From positions 1-13,890 of the forward strand of contig SDNP01000047.1 in assembly GCA_004524445.1 (NCBI GenBank): DNA of 13,890 bases. The letters run 5' to 3'. The notes under the pieces were generated by a model. It was not told where the DNA came from. It saw nothing but the letters and a program-made list of their open reading frames with translations, and did not search any database. The DNA comes from Candidatus Thorarchaeota archaeon (lineage in GTDB: Archaea; Asgardarchaeota; Thorarchaeia; Thorarchaeales; Thorarchaeaceae). Below are positions 1 through 7,009 of this stretch, piece after piece. Both the position numbers and the translations under genes were made by a program. Within the stretch, counting starts at the first letter, position 1; the number at the start of each line of letters is the position of its first letter.

Positions 1-1
1 A

Positions 2-157
2 CCCGTTCGGATCGGAGATACAATTACAGCCAGAGTTGAAGTTGCCTCTAAAGACGACGAAAAAAAACATATTAAACTTAAGACTACATGCATGAATCAG
101 ATGGGAAAAGTCGTACTTGATGGGTCTGCCACTGTAACACTCATGAGAATGGAATAA
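2..157 (+). CDS. MaoC/PhaJ-family (hotdog-fold) dehydratase, C-terminal fragment; 5' end outside the window
   Basis: Not in the ORF track. My translation of frame 2 is PVRIGDTITARVEVASKDDEKKHIKLKTTCMNQMGKVVLDGSATVTLMRME*, with TAA at 155-157. PVxxGDTxTxxVxV...xxTxCxNQxGxxVxxGxA is the typical C-terminus of (R)-specific enoyl-CoA hydratases. Confidence 0.85.
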   Translation, partial: PVRIGDTITARVEVASKDDEKKHIKLKTTCMNQMGKVVLDGSATVTLMRME

Positions 158-335
158 CTTCCTCCCATTGTCACCTTTCACATGAGAAGTATATTCTCTA
201 TCCAACTCTTTTGCGCTATTGTTTCTCGACAGAGTCTATTTTGCGTACCAGAGTCTTAAAGAAATGTGTGCACTAAGACACAAGACTTCTTTAGAGTAGA
301 TTTGCTAACTAATAGGTGTCACTTGGAGAAGTGGA

Positions 336-2186
336 ATGGAGATGGAGCAACGGATTATATCAAGAGTTGTCTTCCTGTGGCTGTTCTTCGGTCTATTTAT
401 TGTTTCACCGCTAAATGCAATCGGAACGAGAGAATTGGTCGGCCCCGCAGGACATATCAAGACAGGGCCTTTCTTAGACAAATTGATCATCAAAAGGGCG
501 TTTGAGGGTGAAGAGAGCCGAATAGAGGCGCTAATCAATAACGAGATTGATGCCATAGACGATGCGATATCCTTGGATTTTCTAGCTCAACTAGAAAACG
601 CAGAGAATGTTGCTATCGACTACTTTCTACGAAATGGATATGGCTATTTTGCCTTCAATTGCATGAAATACCCCCTAAATCACAGCTCCTTGAGACGTGC
701 TGTTGCCATGGCACTTGATAAGAATAAGATATGTGAGGAAGCCTGGGACGGACTGGCTGAGCCACTCGACTCGATGGTACCAAAATGCAATCCGTGGTCT
801 ATTGAAGAAGAAATGGACTACCACTATTATGAATCTGATTTGGAAGCATCCCGTGAACTGCTCCAGAATGAAGGTTTCAGGGATAATGATGCGGATGGTT
901 ATCGAGAAACGCCAGCAGGAAGGGATTTCCACATCAATATTGAGGTAGCCGAGAGCTCTACAGTTGCAATAAATGCGGGTGAAATCGTCAAAGAAGCTCT
1001 CGATTCTCTTAACATCAACTGTACATTGAATGTTACCGATTTCTATCGGTATCTTACTCGCCTATACTATGGAGGGGACTTCGACCTCTGTTTCGTGGGT
1101 AATAGCTTTAGTAGCAACGATCTAACATTTCTAACTGAATTTGAGGGAGAATCCTATGACTGGGAAGGGATGAACCGCAACTTCGCCAGATGGCACAATG
1201 CAACTTATGCTGAATGGACTCAGCAACTGATGACTTCTGTTGACCATGATGAAATCTGTGAAGCTGCCACACGAATGCAAGAGATTTGGATTGAGCAATG
1301 TCCGCTACTGATTTGCTACGAGAATATGTATGCGTCTGTATATCGTACAGACAGGTTGACTGGGTTTCTTAGCGATGCAGATTGGGGTATCATGACGAAG
1401 TGGAATAACCTGAAGGTTCATTTGAAAGAATCCGACGGCGGTCCGTTTGGGGGGACATTGCGGTGGGCGACATCGCATCATCCGAGATGGAATCCATTGC
1501 GAGTTTGCTCATGTTATCCGTCTCAACTGGATTATCAAATGTATGACAGCCTGTTTGTCCAAAGACCTGATGGGACTGGTTTGCCTTGGATGGTCAAAGA
1601 ATATCAGGTGTACACTTATGAAGATGATAGTAGTATTTCGGAAAACCATACTCGTTACGAATTGACGCTGCTTGACAACATGACATGGTCGGATGGTCAT
1701 CATCTAACTGCCGATGATGTAGCATTCACATTCAATTTCTACAAGAACAACCTAGTGGTTCCACAGTGGCACAACTTGCAAAACCTATCGGCTATCTACG
1801 CACCGAATCCAACTAAGCTTGTATTGGAGTTCTCCACCCAGTCATATTGGAATCTACACAAATTCAGCTATCTGTACGTTTTCCCAAAGCATATTGTGGC
1901 AGATATGGATCCAGATGAACTCCGGATGCATTATCCTGATGTGGGTGAAGAGGATTGGATGCAAAACTGGGTGACTTCTGGTCCATTCAATCTGACAGAC
2001 TATGATGATGGCAACTTCACAGAGCTAACTTACCGGCCTGATTATTTCTTTGCACCAAACCATTCGTTGTCGACAGCTGAGGGTGATTGGCTTGCTGATA
2101 ACGCTTTAGTCCTATCTATGGTTGCCGCCTCCTCTGCCGTTGTCGTCGTGGTTCTGGTTTATACTGTCATGCGCAAAGGGCATTAG
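336..2186 (+). CDS. Family-5 (Opp/Dpp/Nik-type) ABC transporter substrate-binding protein, membrane-anchored, apparently circularly permuted
   Basis: N-terminal signal/TM segment. SBP_bac_5 motifs include YFAFN..YP...LRRAVAMALDK, GGTLR, YDSL, WSDGHHLTADDVAFTF, VFPKHI and SGPF. It also has a DNDADGYRE DxDxDG loop, a C-terminal hydrophobic helix ending in MRKGH, and 10 N-X-S/T sequons. Confidence 0.9.
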   Translation: MEMEQRIISRVVFLWLFFGLFIVSPLNAIGTRELVGPAGHIKTGPFLDKLIIKRAFEGEESRIEALINNEIDAIDDAISLDFLAQLENAENVAIDYFLRNGYGYFAFNCMKYPLNHSSLRRAVAMALDKNKICEEAWDGLAEPLDSMVPKCNPWSIEEEMDYHYYESDLEASRELLQNEGFRDNDADGYRETPAGRDFHINIEVAESSTVAINAGEIVKEALDSLNINCTLNVTDFYRYLTRLYYGGDFDLCFVGNSFSSNDLTFLTEFEGESYDWEGMNRNFARWHNATYAEWTQQLMTSVDHDEICEAATRMQEIWIEQCPLLICYENMYASVYRTDRLTGFLSDADWGIMTKWNNLKVHLKESDGGPFGGTLRWATSHHPRWNPLRVCSCYPSQLDYQMYDSLFVQRPDGTGLPWMVKEYQVYTYEDDSSISENHTRYELTLLDNMTWSDGHHLTADDVAFTFNFYKNNLVVPQWHNLQNLSAIYAPNPTKLVLEFSTQSYWNLHKFSYLYVFPKHIVADMDPDELRMHYPDVGEEDWMQNWVTSGPFNLTDYDDGNFTELTYRPDYFFAPNHSLSTAEGDWLADNALVLSMVAASSAVVVVVLVYTVMRKGH

Positions 2187-2324
2187 ACGTTACTGAGCGA
2201 AATCACGCTTTCAAATGACCCTCCTTGGCAACCCTCTATCATGATGAAATCGAAGCGTTAGAGCAGTGGCGCAATCGGCACGCAAATAAGGAGATATTTA
2301 CTATTTGTAGGAGAGGACGGAGAT

Positions 2325-3230
2325 GTGCAACGTAGCATCAAGAAAGATGAACTCCCAATACTTCGAATATCCGTTCGAATCTACCGCCCAATAGATGAGG
2401 TCTGGGAGAATTTCCTTGACCCTCTTCTCATGACGCAATGGCTGGGAAATGAGATATCAGCAGATATGCGCGAGGGTGGGACGATCCGGTTTTCTGGGAA
2501 AAACGCCCCCACTAACGCCGAGATGGAAAACTTTTGGACTTTGAAGCGTTATAAGGAGGAGAGAGCTCTGCTCCTCAGCTGGGGCCTCGTTGGTGTCGAT
2601 ACGCTGTTTCTCTTGAGCTTTAAGGAGATGCCGGCGGGAACAATCATGGATATCCGTCATGGACCCATTCCTAGTTCCGCCAATAAGCTGCACCTATCAG
2701 ACCACTGGACGTTGTTGCTTACTAATTTCAAATCCATTGTTGAACTTGGAGAACCAGCATATCGGTTTGACTACACAGACTATCGTCCTCTACGGGTGAC
2801 GAGATACGACCCGACAGAAGTCAGACATAGCGTGCTAATTAGGGCTCCACCGCAGCTTCCATTTGATGTCTTCACTAATCCTGAAAAACTAAGGCATTTC
2901 ATTCGTGCTGATGAACCTGTCATTGATAGGCAATATGCTGGTATCTATACATGGTGGGCTGAAGGAAAAGGTCCGGTTGTCTTTACAAAGATGGAGCCAG
3001 AAAAGGAAATTGAGTTCACCTGGGTCTATGGCGACGAGGCAGAAACCAAAGTGAATATCAGGTTCGAGGAGGTCGATGAAGACACTCTAGTTTCATTACA
3101 CCATTTTGATTTCCAAAAACCAGAGGATGTTGTAGGCTACAATATAGGTTGGGCAAGCATCTTATCCGAGCTGAAGCTGGTATGCGAGCTGGGCGAATCA
3201 GGAATCGAAAGGAGCATTGAGTGGGAATAG
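2325..3230 (+). CDS. Tandem SRPBCC (START/AHSA1-like) domain protein
   Basis: Two similar ~140-aa units: I.RPIDEVWENFLDP...QW and IRAPPQLPFDVFTNPEKL..F. Each ends in the SRPBCC helix (HWTLLLTNFKSIVELGE; GWASILSELKLVCELGE). GTG start preceded by purine-rich GGAGAGGACGGAG. Confidence 0.85.
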   Translation: MQRSIKKDELPILRISVRIYRPIDEVWENFLDPLLMTQWLGNEISADMREGGTIRFSGKNAPTNAEMENFWTLKRYKEERALLLSWGLVGVDTLFLLSFKEMPAGTIMDIRHGPIPSSANKLHLSDHWTLLLTNFKSIVELGEPAYRFDYTDYRPLRVTRYDPTEVRHSVLIRAPPQLPFDVFTNPEKLRHFIRADEPVIDRQYAGIYTWWAEGKGPVVFTKMEPEKEIEFTWVYGDEAETKVNIRFEEVDEDTLVSLHHFDFQKPEDVVGYNIGWASILSELKLVCELGESGIERSIEWE

Positions 3231-3235
3231 AATAT

Positions 3236-3991
3236 CTATATTGGCAACAGAATACTCCAATCTCCTGGAAATATCAGAGAAATCATTACAACTGCAGTTA
3301 GAATGGGGATAAGAAAATTGTCGCTCCATCCTATGCTAATTGCCTCAGTAGCGGCAATTACAGCTGCAACCACTAGGATTTGAGGTAAAACGCATATCGG
3401 GCAAATTTCATTAAGCTGGGTAAGAAGGGCTACGAGAACTGACAGAATACCGAAGATGAATACGCCTAGGCTCCCCTCAAATGATTTCTTTCGATACTTT
3501 TTTTGAACAAGTTTTCCTCCAACGCTTCTTCCAATAACCTCACCAGCAGCATCTCCCCATGCTACCGCTAGAATTGCAGCCACAAATACGCTAGAATGTG
3601 CTGCAGAAAGCATGAAGGCCACTGAAAAACCGGCCAAGCCCATAATTCCAGAGGCAAAGGTGTTTGATCGTGTTTCGCTTTCTCTAGTTCCAGCAACGAG
3701 CAGAATAGTGATTAAATTGCTCTTATGCGCCCATGCGTAAATTAGAATGGTCAGGAAGATTCCTGCAGCCAAGAAAGGTCCGCTCAGATTGGAATATCTT
3801 AGTGCTGTCAAAGCTATTATCGTTCCCATGGTAATGTGGACTGTCTTCCTTGCCTTCCAGTTTGCTATTCCATACATTGTCATTTTGTATGAAATAAGTA
3901 GCACGATGCCTCCAACCACACCGGTAGTGACTGCCATGGTCAAGTCAAGAGTGTTCAGTTCCCCAAATATCAACTCAACCATGGTTCTCAT
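3236..3991 (-). CDS. Dolichol/phytol (polyprenol) kinase-family integral membrane protein, CTP-dependent
   Basis: Multi-TM protein with RKTVHI, WGDAAGEVIGR, KKSFEGS and SDNFLIP. These match the RKxxH / GDxxAxxxG / KSxEGS / DN motifs of the SEC59/VTE5/DGK1 family. Alternative ATG 9 nt downstream. Confidence 0.85.
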   Translation of the reverse strand: MRTMVELIFGELNTLDLTMAVTTGVVGGIVLLISYKMTMYGIANWKARKTVHITMGTIIALTALRYSNLSGPFLAAGIFLTILIYAWAHKSNLITILLVAGTRESETRSNTFASGIMGLAGFSVAFMLSAAHSSVFVAAILAVAWGDAAGEVIGRSVGGKLVQKKYRKKSFEGSLGVFIFGILSVLVALLTQLNEICPICVLPQILVVAAVIAATEAISIGWSDNFLIPILTAVVMISLIFPGDWSILLPI

Positions 3992-4035
3992 TCATCTGGG
4001 TGATTGCCTTGCATTTGATTCTATCTCTTCTGAAG

Positions 4036-4944
4036 CTAGGCACCACCACTGCCGCCGGGCACCTGAAAATTCCGTACATCCTTCCATGCGCGTCTTCTAT
4101 ACTGAATCACTGATATCACAAGCATCAGTGTCAGAAATATGGCTACAGTGATAGTTGCAGCAAAGATGTCCCCCACAATAATCTGGAGAAGCACATAAAC
4201 TCCTAGTGCGACGGCTGCTGAACCTACTAATGGGGTCAAAGTCTTTGCATCTATACGGTTAATGAGCAACGCTGAAACTGGAGCTGAAATGAGAGCTCCG
4301 ATTACCAATGGAATCTCCAATTCCAGAAACGGGTCTAAGACTAAATCGGTAATGCCCAAATAGTAGTACATTAGCCAAGCCGCACCTGTGACAGCAGCTT
4401 CTGCTACTGCTGTCGTGCCAATTGCCTTTGTACTGTCTCTTCCTGAGAGGATCTGTCCTCCAGCGACGAGGGGACCGTAACCTCCACCGCTGATACTCTT
4501 GTTCAATGAAGCGATGAATCCAAACGCTGTCAGTCGGTGCCAAGAGAACCTCCATCGAAACCCTTGGACAACCATGGTTCCTGTAACAATTACCGTAATG
4601 CTCACGTATGTCGCAACAAATAACTCGTTGAGATTGACTGCGATGAGTACCCCTGTGGCACCGGCAATTATGCCTAAGACTGAAAGAAGTGTGGACACTT
4701 TGAAGTCTTCAGATTGGATTTCAGAGTCAATATTTCCCATCAATCTATGAAGAAGGGCGGTTAGTCCTGCTCCCATGAACTCAGACATTAATACGGCGGG
4801 GACAACTCGATATATTGGGTAGCCTACTATTATCAGTACTGGTGCCAATATGGTACCATATCCAAGTCCCAAAGTCGAGTCAACGAATTTACTGAAGAAG
4901 CCAATGAATGCAATAATGGCTATTACAGCAACAATCTGCATCAT
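4036..4944 (-). CDS. TauE/SafE (TSUP) family transporter, paralogue 2
   Basis: Highly hydrophobic, with the two-fold internal glycine motifs of the family (DSTLGLGYGTILAP and SISGGGYGPLVAGG) and KAIGTT. Confidence 0.85.
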   Translation of the reverse strand: MMQIVAVIAIIAFIGFFSKFVDSTLGLGYGTILAPVLIIVGYPIYRVVPAVLMSEFMGAGLTALLHRLMGNIDSEIQSEDFKVSTLLSVLGIIAGATGVLIAVNLNELFVATYVSITVIVTGTMVVQGFRWRFSWHRLTAFGFIASLNKSISGGGYGPLVAGGQILSGRDSTKAIGTTAVAEAAVTGAAWLMYYYLGITDLVLDPFLELEIPLVIGALISAPVSALLINRIDAKTLTPLVGSAAVALGVYVLLQIIVGDIFAATITVAIFLTLMLVISVIQYRRRAWKDVRNFQVPGGSGGA

Positions 4945-5025
4945 TTTCTTGTTTCTCTCTTGTTAGATTATCAGACTTACTTTCACTACACGTAACGATG
5001 AACTTGAGGCAACCAGTTTCAGGGC

Positions 5026-5033
5026 AATATAAA
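5026..5033 (-). promoter_or_regulatory. Candidate archaeal TATA box (TTTATATT) for TSUP paralogue 2
   Basis: Consensus TTTATA core about 82 nt upstream of the ATG at 4944. The same TTTATAT core lies upstream of the other paralogue. Confidence 0.45.
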
Positions 5034-5109
5034 TCTGCTCTTGACTAACTTTGAGGGTCTAAGCTTTTTAAGTACAGACACGCACAAATTCCTTCCTAAA
5101 ATGAAGAAT

Positions 5110-6024
5110 TTACACGGGCGGAAGGGTTTCATCTCCGTCAATTGCTTTTTCTTTGCTAATACTTTGCATTTCTCTGAGGGTCACAACCGCCGCTGCCACT
5201 ACACTAGCTATTGCCACTAGAAGCGTAATTATTATCGAGATTGTATCACCAAAGATTGTTTTTCCAAGTGTGTAGATTCCCAGAATGACAGCGGCTATCC
5301 CAACCAGCCGAGTCGTTTCCTCATGCGGTAGCACTTTTATAAGGTAAGCTGACAAGGGCGCCGAAATGATTGACCCTATGAGTAGAGGGATCTCTAGTTC
5401 CATGAATGACTCTAAACTCAAGATTGCGGTACCAAACCACCAATAGAGAAGCCAGGACCCCGCTGTGACTATTGCTTCTGCTACTGCCGTTGTTGCAATT
5501 GCCCTCGAACCGTCCCTTCCAGACAGTATCTGCCCACCAGCCACTAGGGGGCCATATCCGCCCCCGCTTAATCCCTTGTTCAATGCAGCCAAGAAGCCAA
5601 AAATCGTAACTTTTGGCCACGAGAAATACCACCGAAATCCTTGCGCAACAAGAGTGCCAACAATAATAATCGTGATTGAAACATAAACGGTAACAAAAAG
5701 CTCGGACATTGTAACACCGATTAAAACGCCCACAAAGGCACCTATGATTCCAAGCGTTGAGAATACTGCCGATACCCTGACATCTCTCGATTCTTGTTCG
5801 ATGCGCATGTTTCCCTGAATTGCATGAAAGAGCGCTGTAAGAGCCGCTGAAAGAAACTCGGAAATCAGCACCGCTGGAACTACTCTTTCGATTGGATATC
5901 CTACAATTAGCAATAATGGCACACTCATAGTGCCGTAGCCCAATCCCATGGTCGAATCAACCAATTTGCTGATCAAACCCAGCAACAGGATCAATATGAA
6001 AACAATAATCCAATCGGCCATCAT
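5110..6024 (-). CDS. TauE/SafE (TSUP) family transporter, paralogue 1
   Basis: Motifs DSTMGLGYGT, GLSGGGYGPLVAGGQILSGRD and RAIATT. Collinear over almost its full length with 4036..4944. Confidence 0.85.
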   Translation of the reverse strand: MMADWIIVFILILLLGLISKLVDSTMGLGYGTMSVPLLLIVGYPIERVVPAVLISEFLSAALTALFHAIQGNMRIEQESRDVRVSAVFSTLGIIGAFVGVLIGVTMSELFVTVYVSITIIIVGTLVAQGFRWYFSWPKVTIFGFLAALNKGLSGGGYGPLVAGGQILSGRDGSRAIATTAVAEAIVTAGSWLLYWWFGTAILSLESFMELEIPLLIGSIISAPLSAYLIKVLPHEETTRLVGIAAVILGIYTLGKTIFGDTISIIITLLVAIASVVAAAVVTLREMQSISKEKAIDGDETLPPV

Positions 6025-6055
6025 TCATTACATCCAACGTGAAATTACTGGTTCA

Positions 6056-6063
6056 CATATAAA
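6056..6063 (-). promoter_or_regulatory. Candidate archaeal TATA box (TTTATATG) for TSUP paralogue 1
   Basis: Consensus match about 32 nt upstream of the ATG at 6024, implying a very short leader. Confidence 0.55.
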
Positions 6064-6305
6064 CCGAGAAATTCAGTATGATAAAGAAGTTTCTCGCTAA
6101 TTAAAAGCATGGCCTTTCGGAACCGAGATAGTTGCTTCGTCTAGTAAGGCAATAGCGGTCTATTGACTGATTTCCTACCCGTATTTGCGCGGTATCCTGT
6201 CATTGCAACAACCTTATTTTGCAGTCGGCAGATACTTATGATGTCGCATAAGAAATATTAAGAATGCTTTAATTTAGAAGTCACCAAAGGGGTGCTGGAG
6301 TAGAA

Positions 6306-6890
6306 TTGAGAGACCAAGATGATGGTAGCAAAGTAATGAAGGCAGTACTCATCGGAGACGGCGCAGTAGGAAAGACAAGCATCCGCCGAAACTACTTGGG
6401 TGATGAATTCATAGAGGGGCACATCGCAACCATCGGAGTTGACCTTGCAACCAAGAGAGTTCTATTTGATGATGAAATTGTGAAATTTATCATATGGGAT
6501 TTAGCAGGGCAACCTTCCTTTGAGCAGGTTCGTGGGCATTATTACCACGGTTGCAATGGTATTGTACTGGTGTATTCAGTCGTGGATCGAGAGTCCTTCG
6601 ATAACGCTAGCAAGTGGCTTGTAGAGGCATACAAGAATATGGGTCCACTGCCACCCACTGTGATTGTAGGAAATAAGACTGACTTACGCGACCGTGTTTC
6701 TCCAGAAGAACGGGTTACAACTGAGGAGGGTGAAGAATTCACGAAATACTTCATCAAGAAGCTGGAAGTGCCTGCTGTATTCTTCGAAACCTCCGCCAAG
6801 ACGGGGCATAATATTGAGAGCGTATTTAGGGACCTCCTGACAATGATGGGTGAGGCCGAATCCGAAGAGAGCGATTTGTATATTGGCTAG
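6306..6890 (+). CDS. Rab-like Ras-superfamily small GTPase (eukaryotic signature protein)
   Basis: All G boxes are intact: G1 GDGAVGKTS, G2 ATIGVD, G3 WDLAGQ, G4 NKTD, G5 ETSAK. RabF-like motifs IGVDL, KFIIW, YYHGC and LVYSV. No C-terminal Cys. Start is TTG 6306 (GGAG 5 nt upstream) or ATG 6336. Confidence 0.93.
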   Translation: MRDQDDGSKVMKAVLIGDGAVGKTSIRRNYLGDEFIEGHIATIGVDLATKRVLFDDEIVKFIIWDLAGQPSFEQVRGHYYHGCNGIVLVYSVVDRESFDNASKWLVEAYKNMGPLPPTVIVGNKTDLRDRVSPEERVTTEEGEEFTKYFIKKLEVPAVFFETSAKTGHNIESVFRDLLTMMGEAESEESDLYIG

Positions 6891-6940
6891 TCAAGACCTA
6901 TGTTTCACCCACTTGGTCCAGAACCGGTATGCACAGAGTT

Positions 6941-7002
6941 TTAACTATAAATGTGGATGTAGTGACGGAAGATAACCATAGTTAACAAGCCTCTATTTGT
7001 TA
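6941..7002 (+). promoter_or_regulatory. Candidate copA promoter/operator region
   Basis: TATA-like CTATAAAT at 6945-6952. Perfect 8-bp inverted repeat TTAACTAT (6941-6948) / ATAGTTAA (6978-6985), plus TAACAA-N8-TTGTTA (6983-7002). Confidence 0.45.
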
Positions 7003-7009
7003 CCACCCA

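Noticed and set aside
266-1703. Short ORFs overlapping the binding-protein gene (266..505, 305..556, 675..932, 697..948, 1447..1665, 1509..1703)
   Set aside because: Alternate-frame or antisense shadows of a well-supported CDS, with no recognisable motifs.
3747-4151. 134-aa hydrophobic plus-strand ORF
   Set aside because: Antisense to two real membrane-protein genes and lacks any family motif.
4259-5686. Pairs of mutually similar small ORFs (4259..4555 with 5321..5632; 4499..4750 with 5465..5686)
   Set aside because: Their similarity simply reflects the TSUP gene duplication read in other frames.
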